Under the pieces are notes generated by a model. It worked only from the letters and a program-made list of their open reading frames with translations, had not been told where the DNA came from and ran no database searches. From Candidatus Omnitrophota bacterium (GTDB taxonomy: Bacteria > Omnitrophota > Gorgyraeia > Gygaellales > Profunditerraquicolaceae), in assembly GCA_963805065.1 (NCBI GenBank), contig CAWDSS010000010.1, positions 664,359-728,358 on the forward strand: a stretch of 64,000 nt of DNA, in the 5' to 3' direction. Below, piece by piece: positions 1 through 13,376 of the stretch. The position numbers and the translations under genes were made by a program. How positions within the stretch are numbered: the first letter of the stretch is position 1; the number at the start of each line of letters is the position of its first letter.

Positions 1-391
1 AGCCAGCTCTATACCTTTTCTTTCTTTGGTAATGGCCCCCGCGATAAATACGTTTGCCTGCGCGGTTTCTCCAATAATACCCTGTAGTAATTTTATATTC
101 TCCGGGCTGTCCATACTAGGCATCGTATTAGGCATGGCAAGCACGCTTGTAACTCCTCCGCGAAGCGCGGCTCTTGTACCGGAAGCGACAGTTTCTTTGT
201 CTTCTCTGCCCGGCTCTCTTAAATGCACGTGCATATCAACCAACCCTGGCATAACAATCTTACCGATTGCCTCGATTGTTTGTTCGGCATCAGCTGTAAT
301 ATTTTTTGCTACTTGGGATATCTTAGAATTTTCTACTAGGATATCCAAGTTAGCATCAAGATTATTGGCCGGGTCAATCACGTGCCCGTTT

Positions 392-407
<16 letters not shown>
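1..407 (-). CDS. pyrC: dihydroorotase, N-terminal part (3' end runs off the window)
   Basis: Not in the ORF track because it is open at the window edge. Reverse translation from the ATG at 407-405 gives [13 protein letters not shown]...[18 protein letters not shown]...AMPNT, with the HxH metal motif of amidohydrolase-type dihydroorotases. It overlaps the pyrB stop by 16 nt, in pyrB-pyrC order. Confidence 0.88.
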
Positions 408-1934
<1,527 letters not shown>

Positions 1935-2019
1935 TGTTAAGCTTGTCTGTTGTTTAAGTATCATTTTATTTGCCTTGCCAGCTTCTCAAGAGCCAGCTTA
2001 AAGGTCCTTGTTATCAATA

Positions 2020-2048
2020 AATATACCATCTGAACTCCCGAATGTCAA
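2020..2048 (-). promoter_or_regulatory. sigma70-like promoter of the pyrR-pyrB-pyrC operon
   Basis: Minus strand reads TTGACA (2048-2043), 17 nt, TATATT (2025-2020). The -35 hexamer lies inside a perfect 38-bp palindrome (2044-2081). Confidence 0.45.
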
Positions 2049-2135
2049 TGTTTTATTTCATTAATGAAATAAAACATTGACACTGCAGCACATTGCTGCA
2101 GTATCTAACTACATGTGCTTGGGAATCTTATGTCG

Positions 2136-2789
2136 CTATACCACAACTACAAACTCCCCTTTTGGTTTCTGTTTTTGAAAATGCTCGAGTATTTGTTGTG
2201 CGGTGCCCCGCTTTACCTCTTCAAACTTCTTAGTCAGCTCCCGCGCCAGGACAATTTCCTTTTCTTTAAAAATGAGCCCGATATCTTGCAATGTAGACAA
2301 AATCCTGTGGCAGGATTCATAAAATACTAAAGTGTATTTTAGCCTGGAGAGTTCTTTTAAGCGGTTGCGCCTCGCCTGCTGCCGATTAGGCAGGAATCCT
2401 GCGAATAAAAATTCGTGGCTGGGTTTTCCTGAAAGAATCAAAGCGTTTACAAAAGCTGTGGGCCCGGGTATAACAGTAATTTCAATATTATTTTTAACGG
2501 CTAAATTAATTATGTGGTGGCCCGGATCTAGTATGCCGGGTGTCCCTGCATCCGAAACCAAAGCTATGGATTTTTGCCGCCTTAATAAATCCAAAAGATA
2601 TTCTCCCTTAGTGATTCTATTATGCTGAAAATAACTTGTGGTGGGTTTGCGTATGCCGTAATGATCCAGCAATATTTTCGTATGGCGGGTGTCTTCGCAA
2701 GCAATCAAATCTACTGTTTTTAAAACTTCGATTGCCCGTAAGGTTATATCCTGTAGATTGCCTATGGGCGTGGCGACTATATATAGCAT
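2136..2789 (-). CDS. rsmI: 16S rRNA (cytidine1402-2'-O)-methyltransferase
   Basis: 217 aa with the N-terminus MLYIVATPIGNLQDITLRAIEVLK...IACEDTRHT, typical of RsmI tetrapyrrole-methylase-fold enzymes. Confidence 0.88.
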   Translation of the reverse strand: MLYIVATPIGNLQDITLRAIEVLKTVDLIACEDTRHTKILLDHYGIRKPTTSYFQHNRITKGEYLLDLLRRQKSIALVSDAGTPGILDPGHHIINLAVKNNIEITVIPGPTAFVNALILSGKPSHEFLFAGFLPNRQQARRNRLKELSRLKYTLVFYESCHRILSTLQDIGLIFKEKEIVLARELTKKFEEVKRGTAQQILEHFQKQKPKGEFVVVV

Positions 2790-2804
2790 GTTTAATCAAT
2801 ATGC

Positions 2805-2921
2805 TGTGTAACGTTTAATGTTTAATGTGTAACGTGTGTGTAATGTTTAATTGTGTAATGACATTACACTTTATTTTGCGTTACACTGGCATTACACATT
2901 ACACTTTACACATTACACATA
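2805..2921 (-). repeat. GTGTAAT-word intergenic repeat, copy A (reverse orientation on + strand)
   Basis: The reverse complement aligns almost base for base with 27355-27483 and 43406-43535. It lacks about 12 nt of the central loop. It fills the glmS-stop to rsmI-start gap. Confidence 0.9.
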
Positions 2922-2925
2922 CTTA

Positions 2926-4764
2926 TCATTCTACCGTCACAGACTTGGCAAGATTGCGCGGCTGATCCACATCACAGCCTCTTTTAACAGCGATATGATA
3001 CGCGATAAGCTGCAAAGGAAGAGCCACTAAAAGCGGAGAGAACAATTCGCTGCACTTGGGTATATAAATAACTTCTTTGGTTTGTTCTTTGATTTTTTCA
3101 TCGCCGCGGCTGGCAATGGCGATGATTTTTCCTTTGCGCGCGCGTATTTCCTGTAAATTGGAAATCATTTTTTCATAGACTTTAGATTCACAGGCAATAC
3201 AAACCACTGCGCGGTATTCATCGATAAGGGCTATCGGGCCATGCTTCATTTCACCCGCTGCATAACCTTCAGCCGGTATATAAGAAATTTCTTTTAATTT
3301 TAATGCGCCTTCCAGCGCAGAAGGAAAATTAATATTCCTACCCAGGTACAAAAACGAACCGAAGTGAGAATGCCTGCGTGCTAATTTGCCGATATTGTCC
3401 TGATCTTTTAAAATCTCTTCCTGCTGCTTAGGGATTCTCTGTAATTCTGCGAGGTATTTATTTATCGCATCTTGAGTCAGGATATTTTTAATTCCGGCAA
3501 GATAAAACGCGAACAGATAAAGTGCTGTCAATTGTGCAGTGTATGCCTTTGTAGAGGCAACTCCGATCTCTGGGCCTGCGTGGGTATAAATTACGCCATC
3601 TGACTCCCGGGTCAGGGTTGAACCCAGGACATTGCAAATAGACAATACTGGTACGCCCAGTTTCTTTGCCTGGCGCACACCGGCTAAAGTATCTGCCGTT
3701 TCACCGGATTGGCTTATGGCAATAACCAGGGTTTGCTTGTCAATAAGCAAATCTCTGTATCTAAATTCGCTGGAAACATCAACCAGCGTCTGTATGCCGC
3801 ACACCGATTCTATAATATACTTACCCACCAAGCCTGCATGATACGCTGTGCCACATGCTACAATGGCAATATTTTTTATGTTTTTCAGCTGTTCTTCGGG
3901 GATATGTTGTTCTTCAAAAATTATTTTTCCGGTTTTACTTTGGATCCGCGCACTAATCAAATTTTCTAAAATGCTGGGCTGCTCATTGATTTCCTTGAGC
4001 ATGAAATGCTTGTATCCCTGTTTTTGCGCCTGAGTTATATCCCAATTTATTCTTGTGGGGGTCTTTTTAATCACCTTTCCGTTAAAATCGGTTACTTTAC
4101 AGCTGTTTTTTGTCAAAACAGCTATTTCATTTTCTCCTAAAAAGATAATGTCTTTAGTTGCGTCCAGTATCGCAGGCGCATCCGAAGCTAAGAAATTTTC
4201 TCCCTCCCCTACTCCCACAATCAAAGGGCTTCCTAAGCGGGCACCGATAAGCTTATCGGGTTCTTTCGAGGAAATAACCCCGATTGCAAAAGAGCCTTCT
4301 AATTTTGGCAGGGCTTTTCTTACTGCTTCTTCTAAACTCCCGTTCTTGAAAAATTTTTCTATCAAATGCACGATTACCTCTGTGTCGGTCTGGCTGGCAA
4401 ATTTATGGCCTTCTTTTATCAGCTGCTGCTTAAGCTGGGCATAATTTTCAATAATGCCGTTGTGGACAATGGCAATTTGTTGTTTGCAGTCTGCGTGCGG
4501 GTGGGCGTTAATCTGATTGGGCTCTCCGTGCGTTGCCCATCTTGTATGAGCAATTCCCACTGTACCGGCGAGAGGTTTTTTGTTAAGCAGGCTTTCCAGG
4601 GCTTTAATCTTTCCCTGTGTTTTTCTTATGGAGAGGGTGTTTTTCTTGGGCAACAGAATCGCCATGCCGCTTGAATCATATCCGCGGTATTCTAAGCGTT
4701 TTAATCCGCTTAAAAGTATCTCTTGTGCCTGTCTTTCTCCAATGTAACCAACTATTCCACACAT
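2926..4764 (-). CDS. glmS: glutamine--fructose-6-phosphate aminotransferase (isomerizing)
   Basis: 612 aa. Starts MCGIVGY (N-terminal nucleophile Cys), has two SIS domains and ends ...AKSVTVE. Confidence 0.97.
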   Translation of the reverse strand: MCGIVGYIGERQAQEILLSGLKRLEYRGYDSSGMAILLPKKNTLSIRKTQGKIKALESLLNKKPLAGTVGIAHTRWATHGEPNQINAHPHADCKQQIAIVHNGIIENYAQLKQQLIKEGHKFASQTDTEVIVHLIEKFFKNGSLEEAVRKALPKLEGSFAIGVISSKEPDKLIGARLGSPLIVGVGEGENFLASDAPAILDATKDIIFLGENEIAVLTKNSCKVTDFNGKVIKKTPTRINWDITQAQKQGYKHFMLKEINEQPSILENLISARIQSKTGKIIFEEQHIPEEQLKNIKNIAIVACGTAYHAGLVGKYIIESVCGIQTLVDVSSEFRYRDLLIDKQTLVIAISQSGETADTLAGVRQAKKLGVPVLSICNVLGSTLTRESDGVIYTHAGPEIGVASTKAYTAQLTALYLFAFYLAGIKNILTQDAINKYLAELQRIPKQQEEILKDQDNIGKLARRHSHFGSFLYLGRNINFPSALEGALKLKEISYIPAEGYAAGEMKHGPIALIDEYRAVVCIACESKVYEKMISNLQEIRARKGKIIAIASRGDEKIKEQTKEVIYIPKCSELFSPLLVALPLQLIAYHIAVKRGCDVDQPRNLAKSVTVE

Positions 4765-4850
4765 ATTAATTTATAATGTCCCCAACCGGCCCCATTACAC
4801 CGTTAACTTAGTGAGAACTGCTTAATGGGACTCGGTTGGTAGAACTACAG

Positions 4851-4925
4851 TGTCCCCAACCGGATTTGAACCGGTGTCGAGAGCTTGAAAAGCTCTTGTC
4901 CTAGACCAGGCTAGACGATGGGGAC
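4851..4925 (-). tRNA. tRNA-Glu (anticodon UUC)
   Basis: The reverse complement GTCCCCATCGTCTAGCCTGGTCTAGGACAAGAGCTTTTCAAGCTCTCGACACCGGTTCAAATCCGGTTGGGGACA folds as a cloverleaf. The anticodon loop is CTTTTCAAG. CCA is not encoded. Confidence 0.9.
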
Positions 4926-4929
4926 GTAT

Positions 4930-7365
4930 TTATTCTTCTTCCTCTGCAATGACGGGGGCGACGCAGGAAACGCGATCTTTATCCTGCAACTTAATTAAAC
5001 GCACGCCCTGGGCGGATCTACCGGTTGTGCGGATATCTTTAATAGCGCAACGTAAAAACATCCCGTTTTGAGTAATGACCATCAATTCATCGTTGTCGCT
5101 AACAGTCTTTAAGGCAACGGCCTCGCCATTTTTGTTGGTAACTTTTATATTGATAATCCCCTTGCCGCCCCTGCTTGTCAGGCGGTATTCTTCAAAAGGG
5201 GTGCGCTTGGCAAAACCTAATTCCGTCACTGTCAATATAGTGGCGTCCTTTTGTGCTAACACCATGGCAATAACTTCGTCCTTTTTAGCCAAAGAAATTG
5301 CCCGCACCCCGCCTGCCTGCCTGCCCATGTCTCTTACCTTTGCTTCAGGAAATCTTATTGCCTTGCCTTGGCGCGTGCCGATAAGCAACTCCTGTTTTCC
5401 GTCGGTTAACTCCACGCCTATCAGCTCATCGCCTTTATCAAGGGTAATCCCGATAATGCCGCCCTTCCGCGGATTCCCGTAAGCATCAAGCTTGGTCTTT
5501 TTGATTGTCCCTTGTTTCGTAACCATAACCAGAAATTTATCGGGGGAAAATTCCTTAACCGGCATTGTCGAACTTATTTTTGCACCCTGCTCCATCTCTA
5601 AAAGATTTACAATCGCCTTTCCTTTAGAGATGCGGCTTGCCTGAGGGATCTCATAAACTTTTAGCCAATGCACCTGGCCTTTTTCGCTAAACACCAACAG
5701 GTAGTCTTTCGTCGAAGCGACAAAAAGGTGTTCCACGAAATCTTCTTCTTTAACCTCGGCTCCCGTAGCGCCTCGCCCCCCGCGTTTTTGTTTACGATAC
5801 GCGCTTACCGGCAGCCTCTTAATATAACCGCCGTGGCTAATCGTAACTACCACATCTTCTTCGGCAATTAAATCCTCCACCTCCAGCTCTTCTACTTCGC
5901 CGACGATATCAGTCCTGCGTTCATCACCGTATTTTTTCTTCAAGTCCTCTAATTCTTCTTTAATAATTGCCTCGATTTTTTTCTCAGAGGCCAAGTATCG
6001 CCTTGCAGAGTTCTATTTTCTTTAACAATTCAGCGTATTCGGCGTCTATCTTATCCCGCTCAAGCGCAGTCAGGCGCTGCAATTGCATCTCTAATATTGC
6101 CTGCGACTGGATCTCTGAAAGCTCGAACTCCTTCATCAAGCGCACCTTGGCATCTTCGGTATTTTTAGAAGTTTTGATTGTCTTGATAATGCGGTCAATG
6201 TATTTAAGCGCGATCTTTAAGCCCTCTAAAATATGCGCCCGTTCTTAAGGCCTTATCTAATTCAAATTGCGTGCGGCGGCGGATAATAACTTTGCGATGC
6301 GCGATATAAGCATCGAGCACCTGCCTTAAATTTAACACCCGCGGCCGGTTCTCAACCAAGGCAAGCATGATAATGCCGAAAGTGGTTTCTAGCTGGGTGT
6401 GCTTAAAAAGCTGGTTCAAAATAATCTGTGATTCGACGTCGCGCTTAAGTTCCACGACTATGCGCATTCCGTCTTTATCGGATTCATCGCGGATATCGGA
6501 AATCCCCTCCATCTTCTTATCATCAACTAAGGCTGCGATAGCTTCGATAAGCCCTGCCTTCTGCACCTGATAAGGGATTTCGGTAATGACAATCAAATCT
6601 TTGCCGTTTTTCTGATGCTCGACTGTGGCCCGTGGCGCGCACTAACAGCTTACCCCTGCCGGTTGTATAGGCTTCTTTGATCCCGCCCTTGCCGCAGATA
6701 ACTCCGCCCGTCGGGAAATCCGGGCCCTTGATATAACGCATCAGGTCTTTAATTTCTGCTTCCGGATGGTCCAGTATATAAATAATCGCATCCGCAACTT
6801 CGTTTAAATTATGCGGCGGGATATTGGTAGCCATGCCTACGGCAATACCGCTTGAGCCGTTCACTAACAGGTTCGGCAGGCTGGCCGGCAACAACAGCGG
6901 CTCTTTTAAAGAGGCATCGAAGTTGGGGCCGAAATTGACTGTTTCCTTATCAATATCTCCCAGCATGTCGTCGGAAATCGCCGCCAGCCGGGCCTCGGTG
7001 TAACGCATGGCTGCTGCTGCATCGCCGTCTACAGAACCAAAGTTTCCCTGTCCATCGACTAAAGGATAGCGCAGAGAAAAATCCTGCGCCATTCTGACTA
7101 AGGTATCATAAACCGCCACGTCTCCGTGCGGATGATATTTACCCAAAACTTCTCCGACGATACGCGCGCATTTTTTATAGGGCTTAGAGTGGTCAAGGCT
7201 AAGCTCCTGCATGGCATAAAGAATCCGCCGGTGCACGGGCTTCAGGCCGTCGCGCACATCGGGAAGCGCCCTGCCGACGATTACGCTCATGGCGTAATTC
7301 AGATAAGAATCTTTTACTTCTTCTTCAATATAAACCGGGATTATTTTTTCGTTTCTGGCATACAT
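4930..7365 (-). pseudogene. gyrA: DNA gyrase subunit A, reading frame broken by at least 3 single-nt frameshifts
   Basis: Track ORFs 6523-7365 (N-terminus with active-site region [10 protein letters not shown]), 6204-6596 and 4930-5994 (C-terminal beta-pinwheel) are collinear GyrA pieces. Frame changes occur near 6620, 6240 and 5997. The stretch 5995-6240 reads on as ...ILEGLKIALKYIDRII...ERDKIDAEYAELLKKIEL in another frame. Confidence 0.9.
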
Positions 7366-7475
7366 GTTGGTAAGTTAAAACTTAAAAGCAAAAAGGTAAA
7401 AGTTCAAGTTAAAATTTAAAATTTTTGACTTTTTACTTATACTTTTTCCTTTTGGCTTTTTACTTTTTCCTTTTA

Positions 7476-9931
<2,456 letters not shown>

Positions 9932-9935
<4 letters not shown>

Positions 9936-10219
9936 TTTGCATCTCCCATATAAAACCTTATATCCTTTAAATTAGCAAGCTGCTTATTAAACCTGGTGAT
10001 TAAATCCTGCTTTTGCAAATTAAAGTTGTAAAGCCAGGCAGAGGAGTCTACATGGAAACTTAAAACTCCCTTTTTGAAATTATTAAACTTTATATGCTGC
10101 AACTCTTTCTTTGTCAAGATTTTTTTTAATGCTTCCTGCGGCTCATTATCCCGCAGGGCTGCCTTTTTTCCCTGCAAGCGCTGCATTACATTGCCTACCG
10201 TCTCTTTAATTGCTTCCAT
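9932..10219 (-). CDS. DUF721 (DciA-like) protein
   Basis: 95 aa with the pattern ...GVLSFHVDSSAWLYNFNLQKQDLITRFN..., as in DUF721. It sits in the conserved slot between dnaN and gyrB. Confidence 0.65.
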
Positions 10220-10228
10220 GTGAAATAA

Positions 10229-11320
10229 TTAACTTAGCCGCATGGGCAGAACTATATAAACATAACCGTTTGTGCGAATAACCCCGGGTTTTTCACTGTC
10301 TGTTAATTCCAACTCAACAGAATCAATACTTAAATTTTTTAACACATCAATTAAGTATGCGGGGTTAAACCCTATGGCCAGTTCTTTACCTTGATATTCT
10401 ACGGGCAATTCTTCCCTGGATTCCCCGATATCGGGTGTGGATTTGGAAACAACCAATTTATTCTTAAACAACTCCAGCTTAACAGCCTGATAATCCGGGG
10501 TTGATAACAACGAGGCTCTTCTAACCGCCAATAAAAATTTGTCCCGCTCGGTTTTCATAACATTATTAGACGGTGCAGGCACTACCTGTTTATAGTCCGG
10601 GAATTCTCCCTCTATCAACCGGGAAATTACAATTACATTACCCAAATCAAACAATACCTGGTTATTGCCTAATATTAAAGATAATTCCCCCTCATCTTTT
10701 AAGTTGCGGTTTAATTCGTGTATGGTTTTAAGCGGTATGATAAAAGATGCCTCTTTATCCAATTCCTGTTTTAATTTTTTTTCCATAATCGCCAGCCGTT
10801 TACCATCCGTAGCTACTAAAGTAAGGTTGTTTTTATTAATCTTAAATAAGATGCCGTTTAAGATATATCGTGTCTCATCTATAGATACCGCAAAGGAAGT
10901 GAGGCCTAACATTTGCTTTAACCCGGCCTGCTCTAATTTAGTCACTTCTTTATCTTTAAATTCCGGTAGTTTAGGAAATTCTTCACGGGCTAAGCCCATA
11001 ATCTTAAACTGGCAGGATTCTGTTTCAATAACCACAAGGTTATTCTTTTTAGTGGTTATATTCACATTATCACTGGGTAATTCTTTGATTATATCGTTAA
11101 ATCTTTTAGCTGGGATGGTAATGGCTCCGACTTCCTGAATATCCACAGGTATTACACAACTTATACCGATATCCAAATCTGTTGCGGTCAACCTTAATCC
11201 GTTTTGTTGCGATTCAATTAAAATATTGGATAGTATTGGTAAGGCTGATTTTGTGCTAATAACGTTTTGTACTATTTGTATGCCGTTCATCAATGTGTTT
11301 TTTTCCGCTTTGAATTTCAT
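10229..11320 (-). CDS. dnaN: DNA polymerase III beta sliding clamp
   Basis: 363 aa with a three-domain clamp-like sequence, ending ...YVYIVLPMRLS. Immediately downstream of dnaA. Confidence 0.94.
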   Translation of the reverse strand: MKFKAEKNTLMNGIQIVQNVISTKSALPILSNILIESQQNGLRLTATDLDIGISCVIPVDIQEVGAITIPAKRFNDIIKELPSDNVNITTKKNNLVVIETESCQFKIMGLAREEFPKLPEFKDKEVTKLEQAGLKQMLGLTSFAVSIDETRYILNGILFKINKNNLTLVATDGKRLAIMEKKLKQELDKEASFIIPLKTIHELNRNLKDEGELSLILGNNQVLFDLGNVIVISRLIEGEFPDYKQVVPAPSNNVMKTERDKFLLAVRRASLLSTPDYQAVKLELFKNKLVVSKSTPDIGESREELPVEYQGKELAIGFNPAYLIDVLKNLSIDSVELELTDSEKPGVIRTNGYVYIVLPMRLS

Positions 11321-11459
11321 TGTTCCCTCTCCTTCTATTATTATAAATATATATTATAAATCATAATAGTAATAATGGTTTTTGTTTTTGTGAAGAAATC
11401 TATAATTTATATAATTTAATAGGGTTATATTAAATAAATACATTTAACAACCAGTGAAT

Positions 11460-12800
11460 TTACTGTTTAATGACTTGTATAACCCTCTCTACCCTGTCTT
11501 TTAATTCCGGCCTCCGATTAATTTCTTCTTTAATTTTATTATATGAGTGTAATACGGTAGTGTGGTCTTTGCCTCCAAAAAAATTGCCTATTTCAGGCAA
11601 GGATAGATCTGTCAACTCTCTACTGAGGTACATGGCGACTTGCCTGGGCAGCACAATGGTTTTATTACGCCGCTTTGTCTTAATATCTTGTAGAGAAATC
11701 CCGAATTCTTCTGAAACACAACGCTGGATAAAATCAACCGTAATTAATTTTTTCGGCTCTTTTAATAAATCTTTTAATACCTCGCGGGTTAAATCCAGTG
11801 TTATGGGCTTTTCTTCTAATAATGAATAGGCTATGGTACGGATAAGCGCTCCCTCTAATTCCCTGATGTTGGTTTTAATAAGCTGGGCGATAAAAAATAT
11901 AACATCATCCGGCACAGATACGGGTTCCCGTTCAATTTTCTTTTTGAGTATAGCTACCCTGGTTTCTAGGTCCGGAGGCTGTATGTCGGTTGTAAGCCCC
12001 CAGCCAAACCTGGATACCAGCCTGTCTTGCAGATTGGCAATTTCTTTAGGCGGCCTATCAGAGGAAAAGATAATTTGTTTATGTGCATCATACAATGCAT
12101 TAAAGGTGTGGAAAAATTCTTCCTGGGTAGATTCTTTCCCGGCAATGAAATGTATATCGTCAATGACCAGCACATCCACATTTCTATATCTTTGCCGAAA
12201 AGATGCGGTTGAGTGGTGTTGTATCGCATCTATTAATTCATTGGTGAAGCGCTCGGAAGACATATAGCAAATCTTCAGGCTGTTATTAGAGGATTTGCTT
12301 TTGACGTGATGGCAAATTGCCTGTATTAAATGTGTTTTTCCCAGCCCCACCCCACCGTAAATAAACAACGGATTATAAGTCTTGGCAGGAGATTCTGCTA
12401 CTGCCAGGGAATATGCGTGTGCGTGGCGGTTAGATGGGCCGACCACAAAATTTTCAAATGTGTACCTGGAGTTAAGGCCCCAGGTATTAGAATCTTGAGG
12501 CTTCTGTTTTTCCTCTGGCTGTTTAGTGGAATCTTGTAAAGGCCTGGGTGATGAGCTGGCCTGAAGGTGTACGGATATGGCTGTGCTTACGCCTGGCTGG
12601 TTAATCGCCTCTGTTATCAAGGATTTGTAGTGCTTCTCCACCCAGTCCCTGAAAAAAGTATCCGGGGCCTCGATGATTATGCTATGCTCGTCCTTTTCTT
12701 TGGCTTGTAAAGGTAGAATCCAGGTGGTAAAAACAGTTTCCCCTACTCTGTTTTTAAGGTATTCCTGGGCTTGCTGCCAAGTCTTGATTATGTCCGCCAT
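11460..12800 (-). CDS. dnaA: chromosomal replication initiator protein DnaA
   Basis: 446 aa with Walker A GGVGLGKTHL, Walker B VLVIDDIHF, and the C-terminal DNA-binding domain ...VLPRQVAMYLSRELT...IGNFFGGKDHTTVLHS. Confidence 0.97.
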   Translation of the reverse strand: MADIIKTWQQAQEYLKNRVGETVFTTWILPLQAKEKDEHSIIIEAPDTFFRDWVEKHYKSLITEAINQPGVSTAISVHLQASSSPRPLQDSTKQPEEKQKPQDSNTWGLNSRYTFENFVVGPSNRHAHAYSLAVAESPAKTYNPLFIYGGVGLGKTHLIQAICHHVKSKSSNNSLKICYMSSERFTNELIDAIQHHSTASFRQRYRNVDVLVIDDIHFIAGKESTQEEFFHTFNALYDAHKQIIFSSDRPPKEIANLQDRLVSRFGWGLTTDIQPPDLETRVAILKKKIEREPVSVPDDVIFFIAQLIKTNIRELEGALIRTIAYSLLEEKPITLDLTREVLKDLLKEPKKLITVDFIQRCVSEEFGISLQDIKTKRRNKTIVLPRQVAMYLSRELTDLSLPEIGNFFGGKDHTTVLHSYNKIKEEINRRPELKDRVERVIQVIKQ

Positions 12801-13169
12801 ATTTACATATTAACAGCTTATTCACATCTTGGATAAATCTGTGGAAAATGCTGTGGGCTAGAAAATACTTTACACATGCTTACAATTTTCTGCTCCAACG
12901 AAACAATACAAGAATTATATCAGAAGCAAAACGCTTTGCAAGAAAAAAAGATAAGCCTCTAAATTAAGCGCCCCGGAGAGGGCAAATTTTTAAATGCCCC
13001 GGCAGAGAAACGCGAATTATTATACAATAATTTTTATTACCGTCAACTAAAAAGAAAAATTGTGCAAAACCAGCGCAGTTGTTAACAATCCAAATGCGCC
13101 TTGCGCCCGCTCGTCCCGACGGGAAACCCGGGCGACTTAAGGCATGTGATTTTTTCCGGGAAAATAGCA
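12801..13169. other. candidate oriC (dnaA-rpmH intergenic region)
   Basis: DnaA-box-like 9-mers lie just upstream of dnaA: TTATTCACA (12818-12826), the reverse complement of 12840-12848 (TTTTCCACA), and TGGATAAA (12830-12837). AT-rich tracts are present. The gene-strand switch is absolute here. A second AT-rich tract lies at 11321-11459. Confidence 0.55.
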
Positions 13170-13197
13170 TTGACTTAATGTTGCTTTGTGTTATAAT
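13170..13197 (+). promoter_or_regulatory. sigma70-like promoter of rpmH
   Basis: TTGACT (13170-13175), 16 nt, TATAAT (13192-13197), about 40 nt upstream of the rpmH RBS AAGGAG. Confidence 0.5.
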
Positions 13198-13238
13198 TTA
13201 AAAATTCTGGACTTAAAGCATAAGGAGTAATTTAGGAA

Positions 13239-13376
13239 ATGAAGAAAAATTTAAAGACCCCCACAAATATTGTGGGTAAACGTAAACACGGCTTTAGAAG
13301 CAAGATGGCTACAAAGTCAGGCAGAAAAGTGCTCGCCAGACGGCGTCAAAAAGGCAGAAAAAGAATAAGTCTTTAA
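13239..13376 (+). CDS. rpmH: 50S ribosomal protein L34
   Basis: Not in the track because it is 45 aa. Translation [45 protein letters not shown] shows the typical L34 basic pattern. An RBS TAAGGAG lies upstream. Confidence 0.9.
   Translation: MKKNLKTPTNIVGKRKHGFRSKMATKSGRKVLARRRQKGRKRISL

Noticed and set aside
2805-2921. The GTGTAAT/ATTACAC arrays as a CRISPR array or other regularly spaced repeat.
   Set aside because: There are no unit-length repeats separated by unique spacers. The words are contiguous and arranged as two complementary arms. Only three dispersed copies exist and no cas genes are present.
4765-4850. A glmS ribozyme in the glmS 5' leader.
   Set aside because: Only ~86 nt separate tRNA-Glu from the glmS start, too short for the ~170-nt ribozyme. 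I see none of its conserved core segments.
12964-13170. The 68-aa minus-strand ORF in the dnaA-rpmH spacer, and the 92-aa ORF at 39850-40128.
   Set aside because: Both are translations of GC-rich structured non-coding DNA, giving Arg/Gly/Pro/Ala-rich peptides. Neither has an RBS. The first overlaps the rpmH promoter and the second overlaps the start of the 40111 gene.
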